Part shown: positions 46,936-57,051 of the stretch, in pieces | Layout of the letters: each line of letters opens with the position of its first letter | Position numbering within the stretch: position 1 is the first letter of the stretch | Assembly: GCA_965277805.1 (NCBI GenBank) | Contig: OZ255842.1 | Location: forward strand, 1,504,001 to 1,568,000 | DNA length: 64,000 bases | DNA from: Candidatus Lustribacter sp. | Lineage (GTDB): Bacteria; Vulcanimicrobiota; Vulcanimicrobiia; Vulcanimicrobiales; Vulcanimicrobiaceae | Direction of reading: 5' to 3' | The notes under the pieces: generated by a model | What the model saw: only the letters and a program-made list of their open reading frames with translations | Database searches by the model: none | What the model was told of the DNA's origin: nothing | Made by a program: the position numbers and the translations under genes

Positions 46936-48444
46936 ATGCGACGTTGGTCTTTAGCGGCGCTGGCATTTTGCTACCTCGCAATGGTTTCCGGCGTTGCGGC
47001 GGCTCCGGACGCCGCGCTGCCCGATGCGCAAACGCTGCGGGCGCGCATGACGGCGGCCGCGGGCGAACCGAACCTCAATTATCGTGAAACGATTGTCGGA
47101 AACGGCAGCGACGGCTGGGTCATCAGAACCCACTACCGCCGTGCGCACGACGAACTGACCCGGGTAACGCGCGGTCCGATTCACTTTAGTTACGGAATCG
47201 AACGGGGCGTCGATTGGCATCAAAATGCCAACGGTATCACGGTTCTCGATGGCCCCGAACCGCCCAGTGCCGGCGCGCTGAAAACGGTAACGGTCGTCAA
47301 GCGCGTCTCAACGCCGTTCGCTGCGTACGTGGTGAGTAACCTCGACGCCGGCGGTTACGGCGTGCGCGAATACGTCGATCCCCGCACGTACCTCGTCGTG
47401 CGCAGCGATGCGATCGGCCGGGCAGGAACGACGATTACCACCAACACCGCCTTTGCGCGTTTCGGAACGCAGGTCTTGCCCGCGGCGTGGCGCGTCGAAG
47501 ATAGCGCGTTCAACGACGACACGGCCTATACGCGAACGCGCTTCGTAAACGGACACACGGGCGTGACGGACGTTGCACGGCCTCTCGCGCGCCAAATCGT
47601 GTCGTTGCCGGCCGGCATGACGGCGATCGATTTGCACGCGCACTTCGCGGGCGGACAGATCTCAGTTCCGGTGTCGATCGCCGGCCGCACGTTCTTCTTC
47701 TTACTCGACAGCGGAGCGAGCGCGGTGACGATCGATGCGGCCATCGCGAAGCAACTCGGCCTGACGCTCGTGAACGCGCGGCGCGAAATCGCCGGCCGGA
47801 GCTTTGTTGCGCACGATGCGGTCGTCTCCGCGATTGACGTGGCCGGACTCCGAATGCACGACGTCGTCGCCGCCGTGGCGTCGATCGGAATGGGCAGCAA
47901 GCCGTCGGATCCGGTCGGGCTGCTCGGGTTCGACTTTCTCGCCGGCGTCGCCGTGCGCATCGACTACGAGCACCACCGCGTGCTCGCGATGAATCCGCGG
48001 GCGTACGTGTCGCCGCGCGGAACCGACGTATCGGAACTGCACTTGCGCCTCGGCTCCCAAGTGCCGATGGTCGATGCGAATCTCGGCGGTGCCGACAGCC
48101 GGCGTCTGATCGTCGATACCGGCAGCCCGAGCGCGCTGCTTCTTTTCGACTATTTCTCGCGGCGGCACGGCGACGTCTTGCGTTTCCCGATCGACGATAG
48201 CATGCTCGCCGGCATCGGCGGGGCGTTCCGGTCGCGCGCCTTTCGCATGCCCTACGTGCGCCTCGGTCGCTTCTCGATCGCCGACCTCGTCGCAGACGCC
48301 GTCACGTCGCGCGGCGCGTATCCGCAAGAGAACGACGGCCTGATCGGAAGCGATCTGCTGCAATTCTTCACGGTCGATCTCAATTATGCCGCGGGCCGGA
48401 TCTTTCTGCGCGCCAGACCGGCATTAAGGCATTTCGTTTCTTAA
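46936..48444 (+). CDS. Secreted aspartyl protease with two retropepsin-like domains
   Basis: Signal peptide; FLLDSGAS...GLLGFDFL and LIVDTGS...GLIGSDLL. Confidence 0.87.
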   Translation: MRRWSLAALAFCYLAMVSGVAAAPDAALPDAQTLRARMTAAAGEPNLNYRETIVGNGSDGWVIRTHYRRAHDELTRVTRGPIHFSYGIERGVDWHQNANGITVLDGPEPPSAGALKTVTVVKRVSTPFAAYVVSNLDAGGYGVREYVDPRTYLVVRSDAIGRAGTTITTNTAFARFGTQVLPAAWRVEDSAFNDDTAYTRTRFVNGHTGVTDVARPLARQIVSLPAGMTAIDLHAHFAGGQISVPVSIAGRTFFFLLDSGASAVTIDAAIAKQLGLTLVNARREIAGRSFVAHDAVVSAIDVAGLRMHDVVAAVASIGMGSKPSDPVGLLGFDFLAGVAVRIDYEHHRVLAMNPRAYVSPRGTDVSELHLRLGSQVPMVDANLGGADSRRLIVDTGSPSALLLFDYFSRRHGDVLRFPIDDSMLAGIGGAFRSRAFRMPYVRLGRFSIADLVADAVTSRGAYPQENDGLIGSDLLQFFTVDLNYAAGRIFLRARPALRHFVS

Positions 48445-48601
48445 CGTCTCCGCGACGCCGAGTGCTGGGGATGTCACGGAATTCTTAGTCACGATATGTG
48501 CCCGCTTCAGCGTGCGGATTACCGGATAGGAACGCGTGCCGCGGGGAACTTGGTCTTCAACGCCGTGGTAGAATCTATAAACCAACCATCCCGTTGACAG
48601 C

Positions 48602-49102
48602 ATGGAGGTCGTTTCCCTCGTGAACCTCACGCTCGAGCTCGGCATCGTCGTCCTAGTCGTGATCGGTATCGGCATCGCCATCGAAGTTTACCGGCTGAAC
48701 GCTGCGAAGCGCCGGAAGCGTCGCGCGGCGATGGGACCGCCGCGCCGCTCACCGCACCTCGAGCGCCGGATGGCCGAGGCGTTCCGCGGACCGCGCGAGG
48801 CATACGGCGACGTCTTCGAGGGCTTTTCCGTGATGCGCGTGGCGGACACCACCCAGATGGACGTCGCAACGAAGGGTCCGTGGCTGAATCTTAACCTCTT
48901 CACCCGGTCCCTGATCGTACGCCACCTCTGGCGCTCGCTCGAGAAACTCGCGCGCAACACGGTGACCGTGCGCGTCGACCCGGGTGCGCCCAACGCGATG
49001 CTCTGGACGGCGAAGCAGACGGCGGAATTCAACGACGGCGGCAAGATGGAGCCGTGGGCGCCGGCGCGCGGGAAAGCGGGGACCCTGATTTCCGGAGGCT
49101 GA
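48602..49102 (+). CDS. Hypothetical membrane-anchored protein
   Basis: N-terminal TM ([15 protein letters not shown]) followed by basic KRRKRR; ends 1 nt before the AKR gene. Confidence 0.7.
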   Translation: MEVVSLVNLTLELGIVVLVVIGIGIAIEVYRLNAAKRRKRRAAMGPPRRSPHLERRMAEAFRGPREAYGDVFEGFSVMRVADTTQMDVATKGPWLNLNLFTRSLIVRHLWRSLEKLARNTVTVRVDPGAPNAMLWTAKQTAEFNDGGKMEPWAPARGKAGTLISGG

Positions 49103-49103
49103 A

Positions 49104-50102
49104 GTGGGCCTCATGGATCAGCGACAACTCGGCCGGAACGGACCCCTCACCTCGGCCATCGGGCTCGGCTGCTGGGGCATGTCGGGCACCTACGGTGCGA
49201 GCGACGATACCGAGGCCCTGCGCACCGTCGACCGCGCGCTCGAACTCGGCATCACGTTCTTCGATACGGCCGATGTGTACGGGGACGGGCACAACGAAGA
49301 ATTTGTCGGCCGGTCGCTGCGCGGACGGCGCGACCGCGTCTTGCTCGCGACGAAGTTCGGGCGCACGTTCGGCGCGAACGGGTCGCGCGGCGTCAACGGC
49401 CGGCCCGAATACGTGCGCGAAGCCTGCGATGCCTCGCTCAAGCGCCTGGGCGTCGAGACGATCGACCTCTACTACTTACACCGCGTGGATCCGAACGTGC
49501 CGATCGAAGAAACGGTCGGCGCGATGGCCGAGCTCAAGACGCTCGGGAAGATCCGCTATCTCGGTCTCTCGGAAGCGAGCGCCGCTAACGTGCGGCGCGG
49601 CGCGGCCGTTCACCCGATCGCGGCGCTGCAGAGCGAATACTCCCTCTTCAGCCGCGACGTGGAAGACAACGGCGTCCTCGCTGCGATTCGCGAGCTCGGC
49701 ATCGCTTTCGTTCCCTATAGCCCGCTCGGACGCGGCATGCTTACGGGAACGGTCCGCAGCAATGAGGGCTTTCGCAATCAGGACCTGCGTTCGCACAATC
49801 CGCGGTTCGAGGGCGACAACTTTGCGAAGAATATTTCGGTCGTCGATCATTTGAGCGCGCTGGCCGCCGAGTTCGGCATCACGAGCGCGCAGTTATCGCT
49901 CGCGTGGCTGTACGCGCAAGGCAACGACATCATTCCCATTCCGGGAACAAAACGGGTCAAGTATCTCGAAGAGAACGCGGCCGCAACGAACGTGCACCTC
50001 ACCGCGGAGCAACTCGGGCGCATCGCCGCCGTTGCGCCCAAGGGCGTCGCGGCGGGCGCGCGCAGTCACGACCCGATCACGGTGCCGGCGGCGCCACGAT
50101 AG
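49104..50102 (+). CDS. Aldo/keto reductase
   Basis: [39 protein letters not shown] and IPGTKR. Confidence 0.95.
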   Translation: MGLMDQRQLGRNGPLTSAIGLGCWGMSGTYGASDDTEALRTVDRALELGITFFDTADVYGDGHNEEFVGRSLRGRRDRVLLATKFGRTFGANGSRGVNGRPEYVREACDASLKRLGVETIDLYYLHRVDPNVPIEETVGAMAELKTLGKIRYLGLSEASAANVRRGAAVHPIAALQSEYSLFSRDVEDNGVLAAIRELGIAFVPYSPLGRGMLTGTVRSNEGFRNQDLRSHNPRFEGDNFAKNISVVDHLSALAAEFGITSAQLSLAWLYAQGNDIIPIPGTKRVKYLEENAAATNVHLTAEQLGRIAAVAPKGVAAGARSHDPITVPAAPR

Positions 50103-50793
50103 CATCGGTCTGACCGGTCGCGGTCAGCCCGCGCTGAACGAAGCCCGACGCTTTCAACTCTTCGATGAGCGCGCTGATGTAGCGCACCGCTTCGGGGCCG
50201 TGCGTCGTCACCATCGCCTGTTCGATCACCATGAAGCGTCCATCCAAGAGCCGTACGCCGTCGTGCGTTTCCACGTACGCAGCGAGCGCGGCTTTCACGC
50301 CGGCCGCGACGTCGAAGCCGTCGCGCAAGAACGCCTCGATCGCATCGGCGCTCGTGGGTATGCGCGTGATCTCGGCATGCTTCAGCGTTCGCGTGAGGTA
50401 GAGATCGTATGCGCTCGCGTCGCCGACGGTCATGCGCGTGCCCGGACGGTCCACTTCATCGGCATGTTTCAGCGGCGAATCGTTGCGCACCATGTAACCG
50501 CCTTCGATCAGGACGTACGGCGGGGTGAAGCCGAGGTCGGCCGCGCGTTTCGGATCGATCGCCATGAACGCCACGTCGAACACGTCGTCTTTGGCGACTT
50601 TGACGACGTCGCCCGCGCCTTCGAACCCGATGAGTTCGAGCGGAACGTCCAGCCGGCGCGCCAGTTCGCGCGCGATGTCGACCGAAACGCCACCTGACTC
50701 AGCCAGCGTCGGCCCGCGGCGAGCCAAGACGACGTTGCCGAAGTTGATGGCCGCCCGCAAAACGCCCTTGGGTGCGATTACTTCCCGTTCCAC
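50077..50793 (-). CDS. Family-3 (PBP2) substrate-binding-domain protein without signal peptide
   Basis: [38 protein letters not shown] and SAYDLYL; GTG 50793 overlaps the upstream SBP end. Confidence 0.82.
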   Translation of the reverse strand: MEREVIAPKGVLRAAINFGNVVLARRGPTLAESGGVSVDIARELARRLDVPLELIGFEGAGDVVKVAKDDVFDVAFMAIDPKRAADLGFTPPYVLIEGGYMVRNDSPLKHADEVDRPGTRMTVGDASAYDLYLTRTLKHAEITRIPTSADAIEAFLRDGFDVAAGVKAALAAYVETHDGVRLLDGRFMVIEQAMVTTHGPEAVRYISALIEELKASGFVQRGLTATGQTDAIVAPPAP

Positions 50794-51719
50794 GAAAACT
50801 CCGATGCGTTGACCGGACCGGCCAGCAACTTGTATTTTGCGGCGGAGTCGAACACCGGCTGAATCAGCGCGGGATCGAGCTTCGTCGCAAAGCGAATTTT
50901 GGGATGCGCTTCCTTCGCGCCGGTCCACTTCGCGAGGATGACGGCAGCTTGTTCTTGGTTCTTCTGTCCCCACTCGCCGCCGGCGACGATCGCGTCGCTG
51001 AAGCGTTTGGCGACGTCCTTGTTCTTCTGCAGCCAGTCTTGGGTTGAAAACCAGGCCGTCTGCATGAAGACCTTGGCGATCGCATCGTAGCCGCTGGCGA
51101 GCACCTTCACTTGCTTCGCCTCGATCGCTGCCGACATCTCGGGATCGTTCATCACGGCGCAAGCGATGCGCCCTTGGGCGAGCGTTTCGGCCATCGCCGA
51201 CGGCGGCACTTCGATGCACTTCACCGAACTGAGATCGCCGCCGGTGCGATCGACCCACGCGTCGAGCGCGAGCTGATCGAGTCCGCCGACCGAGATCACG
51301 CCGACCGCTTGACCGTTGAGATCCTTCGCCCCCTTCACCGTCGAGTTCGGCGCAACGACCATCATTGTGGTGGGCACGGCGCCGTCGTAGTAGGCACCCG
51401 GCGCAAACATGACGAGCGGTACGTTGCGCTGATGCGCCGCGCCAAGCGAGAGAACGTTGGCGACGCCGCACTGCAGGTCGCCCCCGACGATCGCCGCCAT
51501 CGTCGTCGTTCCGCTGCGCAGTTTCTGGACATCGACGTCGAGCCCGTTCTTCTTGAAGAACCCCATGTCGGCGGCATAGAAAATCTGCGCGTTCGCCTCG
51601 ACCGATCCGGTGCCGACCCGCAGATGCAGCGGATCGGTCTGCGCGCGTACCGCAACCGGCGCAAGCGCGAGCGCGGCTGCCCCCATGCGAATGAGGCGCC
51701 CTCGTGATAGATTCGACAT
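50778..51719 (-). CDS. SsuA/NMT1-like ABC substrate-binding protein (#6)
   Basis: GGAGG SD; MSNLSRGRLI Tat-like leader; MGFFKKNGLDV, WVDRTGGD and LDPALIQPVFD. Confidence 0.88.
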   Translation of the reverse strand: MSNLSRGRLIRMGAAALALAPVAVRAQTDPLHLRVGTGSVEANAQIFYAADMGFFKKNGLDVDVQKLRSGTTTMAAIVGGDLQCGVANVLSLGAAHQRNVPLVMFAPGAYYDGAVPTTMMVVAPNSTVKGAKDLNGQAVGVISVGGLDQLALDAWVDRTGGDLSSVKCIEVPPSAMAETLAQGRIACAVMNDPEMSAAIEAKQVKVLASGYDAIAKVFMQTAWFSTQDWLQKNKDVAKRFSDAIVAGGEWGQKNQEQAAVILAKWTGAKEAHPKIRFATKLDPALIQPVFDSAAKYKLLAGPVNASEFSWNGK

Positions 51720-51789
51720 CGCCTGGTCCTCCATTGCTTCTAGGCTACGGCAAGAGGAATGGATTTTCCGCGCCTTAATAGCGGATTCT

Positions 51790-52731
51790 ATGAAACGCTC
51801 TCGGGCCATCGCCGTGACCAGCGCGGCCGCGCTGTTTCCGAACATCGCGCGCGCTCAAGATATGCCTAAGCTGCGGGTCGGCTATTCGCCGGCGGGCGAG
51901 TCGCTCGCGCAGGGCATCTACGCAGCCGACGGCGGTTTCTTTGCGAAGGCCGGCATCGACGTCGAACTGATCCCCGTGACCAACGGAGGCGCGATGACCG
52001 CCGGCATCGTCGGCGGCTCGATCGACATCGGGCCGAGCAACGTCGCCTCGATGGCCGCGGCGTATGCGCACGGCCTGCGCCTCAATCTCTTCGCTCCGAG
52101 CATCATCATCTCGTCGACCGCGCCGCCTACGACGATCATCGCCGTGCGCAGCGACTCGCCGTTGCGCACCGCCAAAGACTTCGCCGGCAAGACGATCGCG
52201 TGCAGCACGTTGCGCGACCTGCAACAGGCCGCCGTGATGACGTGGCTCGACAAGAACGGCGGCGATTCCAAAGCGACGCAGTTCGCCGAGATACCGAATC
52301 CCGATCAGCTGCCGGCGCTCGCCGCCAAGCGCGTCGACGCGGCGTGCCTCGTCGAACCGTTCATCTCGACCGTCAAGAGCGATACGCGCCCGATCGCGCG
52401 GCCGTACGACAGCTTCGGCAAACAGATCATGACGTTCGGCTGGATCGCCAACAAGGCGTGGTACGACGGTAATCCGGCGCTGGTGAAAAAGGTCACCGCG
52501 GCCTTGCGCGACAGTGCCCGGTGGGCCAACGCGAACCAATCCGCCACCGCGGTCATCGAGGCCAAGTATTCCAAGGTGCCGGTCGAAACGATCGTCTCGC
52601 AGAACCGCCAACTCTTCGGCGATGGAAAGCTCGATCCGCGCCTCATCCAGCCGATCATCGATGCTGCGGCGCGCTATGGCTTCTTGCCGCAGCAGTTCGC
52701 GGCCAGCGCGCTGTTCGCGCCGGACGTCTAG
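51790..52731 (+). CDS. SsuA/NMT1-like ABC substrate-binding protein (#7)
   Basis: MKRSRAIAV leader; GFFAKAGIDV, WLDKNGGD and LDPRLIQPIID. Confidence 0.88.
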   Translation: MKRSRAIAVTSAAALFPNIARAQDMPKLRVGYSPAGESLAQGIYAADGGFFAKAGIDVELIPVTNGGAMTAGIVGGSIDIGPSNVASMAAAYAHGLRLNLFAPSIIISSTAPPTTIIAVRSDSPLRTAKDFAGKTIACSTLRDLQQAAVMTWLDKNGGDSKATQFAEIPNPDQLPALAAKRVDAACLVEPFISTVKSDTRPIARPYDSFGKQIMTFGWIANKAWYDGNPALVKKVTAALRDSARWANANQSATAVIEAKYSKVPVETIVSQNRQLFGDGKLDPRLIQPIIDAAARYGFLPQQFAASALFAPDV

Positions 52732-52741
52732 GAGAAACACG

Positions 52742-53998
52742 ATGCTCAGCCGCGAGGACAACGAACTGCTCGTCCGGGTCGGACCCGGTACTCCGATGGG
52801 CAACCTATTCCGCCGCTTCTGGACGCCGGTGATGCTCGCATCGGAGCTCGGCGGTCCCGACTCGGCGCCGGTGCGCGTCGACATCCTCGGCGAAAAGCTA
52901 GTGGCGTTTCGCGATTCGGCCGGCGAGATCGGGCTGTTAGATGCATACTGTCCGCACCGGCGGGCGAACTTGTTCTGGGGCCGCAACGAAGAACACGGCT
53001 TGCGCTGCGTTTATCACGGCTGGAAGTTCGACGTGACCGGGCAGTGCGCCGATCTTCCGAACTGTCCCGAAGGCGTCAACCTCAAAGACCGCGTCACGAC
53101 CACCGCCTATCCGACAATCGAGCGCGGTGGTTTGATCTGGGCCTATCTCGGGCCGGCCGACCGCCGGCCGCCCTTCCCGAACTACGAAGGCTTCACGGTG
53201 CCCGATAGCCACCGTTTCATGCGCAAGATGATCGCGCGCGGAAACTACCTCCAACTGATGGAGGGCGACGTCGATTCGAGCCACGTGTCGTTTTTGCACA
53301 GCCGCGTCGACAACAAACCCGTTCCCGGCACCCGTGCCAACCCGAACACCTTTACCGACAAGATGCCGCGCTGGTTCCCGCAAGAGACGAGCTACGGACT
53401 GATGCTCTCGGCGCAGCGCAATGCCGGCCCGGATCACTTCCAGTGGCGCGTCAACCAGTACCTCATGCCGTATGTCACGCTGGTCGCCGCGCCGCCGGGC
53501 ATGCCGATCCTGCACCAAGTACGGGTACCCGTCGACGACGTGACCTCGATGCATTTTCGCTGCTACGTTCATCCGGACCGTCCGCTCACGGCGGAGGAAA
53601 TCGCGCAGTTCGAAGGCGGGATCATCATCCCCGAGATTGCGCCCGGCACGTTCGAGACGGTGGAGAACATGGAGAACGACTACCGCATCGACCGCGCCGA
53701 GCAGAGCGTCCATTCCTATACCGGCATCAAGTCGATCGTGGCGCAAGATCTGGCGGTCACCCAGGACCAAGGCGGCCCGATCGCCGACCGCAGCCGCGAA
53801 CTCCTCGTGAGTTCCGACCGCGCCATCATCATGCTGCGCAAACGGTTGCTGACCGCGGCCAAAGCGCTGGCAAACGGCATCGAACCGCCGGAAGCGCAGG
53901 CCACCTCGATCGCCGTTCGTCCGGGCGACTTCATGCTCGCGCGCGACGTACCGGTTGAAGACGGCGCCCGCGAGTTCCACCTGATCGGGCGCCGTTAG
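52742..53998 (+). CDS. Rieske non-heme iron oxygenase alpha subunit (phthalate 4,5-dioxygenase/LigX-like) #1
   Basis: AGGAG SD; MLSREDNELL, Rieske CPHR...CVYHGW, mononuclear-Fe DSSHVSFLH and QD. Confidence 0.93.
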   Translation: MLSREDNELLVRVGPGTPMGNLFRRFWTPVMLASELGGPDSAPVRVDILGEKLVAFRDSAGEIGLLDAYCPHRRANLFWGRNEEHGLRCVYHGWKFDVTGQCADLPNCPEGVNLKDRVTTTAYPTIERGGLIWAYLGPADRRPPFPNYEGFTVPDSHRFMRKMIARGNYLQLMEGDVDSSHVSFLHSRVDNKPVPGTRANPNTFTDKMPRWFPQETSYGLMLSAQRNAGPDHFQWRVNQYLMPYVTLVAAPPGMPILHQVRVPVDDVTSMHFRCYVHPDRPLTAEEIAQFEGGIIIPEIAPGTFETVENMENDYRIDRAEQSVHSYTGIKSIVAQDLAVTQDQGGPIADRSRELLVSSDRAIIMLRKRLLTAAKALANGIEPPEAQATSIAVRPGDFMLARDVPVEDGAREFHLIGRR

Positions 53999-53999
53999 G

Positions 54000-55394
54000 T
54001 TAAGGAGAGAGCTCTTCCAGGGTCCGGAGTTTCGTTTCTTCGCCCATCGTCGCCATGACGATCGCGCCGAACAGCGCGACGAGCGCGAACATCACGAAAA
54101 TCGCGGTGAGCGCTTCGCCTCCCGTCGTCAGGAGCGCTCCGATGGCGAGCGGCGCGATGAAACTCGCGAGGCGATTGAGGCTGCTGCCGGCCGCGGTTCC
54201 CCAGGCGCGCATCCGCGTCGGATACTGTTCGGGCGTGAACAGATACACGCCGAGATTGTTGACGCTCATCGTCGACGTCATCCCGAAACCGAAGATGACC
54301 AGCACTTGCCAGCCGTGCAGGTGGAAGACACCGCCCGCGAGCGCCCCGCCGAGCGCGAACAAGGCCGACAAACCGAAACCCCAGGCAAACCACGGCACGC
54401 GACCCACGCGATCGATGAAGCCGGCCGTAGCATAGGCGAAGATCACTTGCAGAACCGAGCTTGCTATCGAGAGCGCGAGCGCAGACGACGTCGGCAGGCC
54501 GCCGATCTTCATCAGCAAGAGCGGTTGCCAGATCTGGAAGCCGTTGCTCACGAAATACGAGCAGAACCACTGCGTCCACACAACGAACGTGCGCTTCGCA
54601 TAACGGCCCGCAAAAAGTTCCAAGAAGCTGGTCCGCTCCTGGACCACGGGCGGTACATCGATCGGCGCCGCTAACGGAAGACCGCGGCTGCGCGCTTCTT
54701 CTTCCATCGACGTTACGATCGCGTCGGCTTCGGCCAGCCGCCCCTGCGCTGCGAGCCAACGCGGCGATTCCGGCAGCGCGAAGATCGCCACGATCGCAAC
54801 CAGTGCGGGGATGCCGCCGATGCCGAACAGCACGCGCCAGCCGAGCTCCGGGCCGACGCTGTTATAGAGCAGCAACCCCGCGAGCGGCGCCAGCACGAGG
54901 CCGTAGACGAACATCGTCTCGTAGATCATCACCCACTTGCCGCGCACCACGCTGCGGGCGTACTCGTTGAAGAGCGCAGCAGCAATCGGGACTTCCGCAC
55001 CCAAGCCCACGCCTTGAATCGCACGCGCCCAGAGCAACTCGTGTTCGTTGGAAGCCGTTGCGGCAAAGAGCGAACATGCGCCGAAGATCAGCAGCGAGGC
55101 GATGAATGCCCACTTCCGGCCGATCCGCTCGCTGAGCCAGCCGAAGCCGACTGCGCCGACGATCTGCCCCAGAAACGCCGCGCTGCCGAGGGCTCCGGCG
55201 CTCTTGAAGTCGATGTGGAAGGTCGCGATGATCATCGTCAGCGCGCCGGCGATGCTCAGCGAATCGAAGCCGTCGAAAAGGGTGCCGACGCCGAGCAGCG
55301 CCGTAATGCGCAGATGAAGCGGCAAGAACGGGAGCCGATCCATTCGGCCCGCGATCCGTTCGGGCGTGACGTCCGAAACGGACGATGCGGTCAC
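54000..55394 (-). CDS. MFS transporter (sugar porter / aromatic acid:H+ symporter-like)
   Basis: LFDGFD, GWLSERIGRK, PESPRWL, DRVGR, EQYPTRMR and EETKLRTLEE; GTG overlaps the Rieske stop. Confidence 0.92.
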   Translation of the reverse strand: MTASSVSDVTPERIAGRMDRLPFLPLHLRITALLGVGTLFDGFDSLSIAGALTMIIATFHIDFKSAGALGSAAFLGQIVGAVGFGWLSERIGRKWAFIASLLIFGACSLFAATASNEHELLWARAIQGVGLGAEVPIAAALFNEYARSVVRGKWVMIYETMFVYGLVLAPLAGLLLYNSVGPELGWRVLFGIGGIPALVAIVAIFALPESPRWLAAQGRLAEADAIVTSMEEEARSRGLPLAAPIDVPPVVQERTSFLELFAGRYAKRTFVVWTQWFCSYFVSNGFQIWQPLLLMKIGGLPTSSALALSIASSVLQVIFAYATAGFIDRVGRVPWFAWGFGLSALFALGGALAGGVFHLHGWQVLVIFGFGMTSTMSVNNLGVYLFTPEQYPTRMRAWGTAAGSSLNRLASFIAPLAIGALLTTGGEALTAIFVMFALVALFGAIVMATMGEETKLRTLEELSP

Positions 55395-56545
55395 GTGAGG
55401 GAGGTCAACCGGTTGATCGTGTGCGAGGTGAAGCGAATCATCTCGTTCTTCGCCGGATCGCGCAGCAGCGCCATCGGTTCGCCGCCGGCTTCGACGACTG
55501 AAATCTGCTCGTCGAGCAGCTTGCGGAGCATCACGACGCCGGTGTCGGAAACGCCGAGGTGTTCGGCCGCGCGGTCGACGATCGCACCCTGCGTTTCCCA
55601 TGCCATGCGGTCTTGGCTATCGAAGTTGTTCAGCGCGTAGTCGCCGTTGGGCAGAACGTCGTCCTGCAGCACTTCGAGCGGGATCGGCGCGGGCTGCACT
55701 TCGTCGACGCCCGTCTCGTTGGGCGTGAACCACGCGACGAAGATGCGGGTACTCGTATCGTTCACCGGCGTGCGGAAGTGCTGCGTTTCGTTGATACCCA
55801 CCGGGATGCGCAAGATGTTCGGGAAGATCAACGGCGGCCGCACTTCTTCTTCGAGGTTGCCATCGCCGAGATCGTAGAAGCACCGTTTCTCGATGCCCCA
55901 CTCGCACAGCGAATATTCATACGATGCGATCGGGCGATGAAAGTAGTCCGCGCCGGGGCTCTTGAGCCCTTTGCTCAGCATCGTGTGGCCGTGCAAGTAA
56001 TACGTGTGCACCGTGTCGGCCGTGTTCTCTTGCGCCTGCAGCCAATTGCAGTTCAGCGTCGGCCGCAGCTGAAGTTTCCGTTTGCCGTCGTTGCGCACGA
56101 GCACGTCCCAACGAGGCAAGAGCGGCGCCGGCAAGGGGCCCATGTAGACGAAAAGCAATCCGCCCAGTTCCTCGACCGGATAGGCACGCTGGCGCACGCG
56201 TTCTTTGTAGGTGCTGGTCTCCGGCTCGAAGGGCTGCTCGAGGCACGCGCCGTCCGGTGCGAATTTCCAGCCGTGGTAAGCGCAGCGAATTGCATCACCT
56301 TCGACAAAACCGTAGAACAGCGAACAGCCGCGATGCGTGCAGTGCTCCGCGACGCACCCGTAACTGCCGTCCTCGCCGCGATACACGACGAGGTCTTCCG
56401 ACAGCACTGTCAAGCGCTTCTTCGGATGTTCGCTCATGAGATCGGAGGCGGGCGCGAGCGCCTGCCAATAGCGCCGCAAGAGCGCTCCACCGGGCGTCCC
56501 CGGTCCCACTTGCGTCAAGCGGGCGTTTTTCTCGGCGGTAAGCAT
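55391..56545 (-). CDS. Rieske non-heme iron oxygenase alpha subunit #2
   Basis: MLTAEKNARLTQVGPGTP, CTHR...CAYHGW, DTVHTYYLH and QDRMAWETQG. Confidence 0.93.
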   Translation of the reverse strand: MLTAEKNARLTQVGPGTPGGALLRRYWQALAPASDLMSEHPKKRLTVLSEDLVVYRGEDGSYGCVAEHCTHRGCSLFYGFVEGDAIRCAYHGWKFAPDGACLEQPFEPETSTYKERVRQRAYPVEELGGLLFVYMGPLPAPLLPRWDVLVRNDGKRKLQLRPTLNCNWLQAQENTADTVHTYYLHGHTMLSKGLKSPGADYFHRPIASYEYSLCEWGIEKRCFYDLGDGNLEEEVRPPLIFPNILRIPVGINETQHFRTPVNDTSTRIFVAWFTPNETGVDEVQPAPIPLEVLQDDVLPNGDYALNNFDSQDRMAWETQGAIVDRAAEHLGVSDTGVVMLRKLLDEQISVVEAGGEPMALLRDPAKNEMIRFTSHTINRLTSLT

Positions 56546-56599
56546 CCTTCCGATCTTAGTCGCTGACCGGCAGGGTGTCAATTTTCGCGCGGCGTCGAC

Positions 56600-56959
56600 T
56601 CAGTTGCGGCGCAAACGGCCTTCTTCAGCGTCTTGTTTGTCGAGGTTCGCCTTCTGATCGTTGAGCACGTATTTGTTCGCCGCTTCGCGCTCCGCATCGC
56701 CGACGTGCTCGTCGAAATACTTGCGCAGCTCATCGTCGCTGGCGCCGCCGGCAATCAGCCCATCGAACTCATCGCGCGAGACGCCGGCGCGGTCGAGAAA
56801 TCCCATCGATAGGCCACAGTAGGCCATGTATTCGCCGTTGGTCCCGGCATGGTCGGCACGCACTTTGTCGGCCAGGCGGGCGAGCCAGCTATACCGGCCG
56901 AGCATTTCCCGGCCGCTCCGCGGAGGATCGGTATCGAGGTTTCGTACTGCGGTTGCCAC
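56600..56959 (-). CDS. DUF5069-like small protein
   Basis: PPRSGREMLGRYSWLARLADKVRA...GEY..YC pattern. Confidence 0.75.
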   Translation of the reverse strand: MATAVRNLDTDPPRSGREMLGRYSWLARLADKVRADHAGTNGEYMAYCGLSMGFLDRAGVSRDEFDGLIAGGASDDELRKYFDEHVGDAEREAANKYVLNDQKANLDKQDAEEGRLRRN

Positions 56960-57051
56960 GGGGGCAGTTTACCCGGCTCGCAGGCCTTCGACACATCCGC
57001 GTCTGAAGTCGCATCTCTCACTTACCGCTACCGCGCCGACCGGAGACGAAG

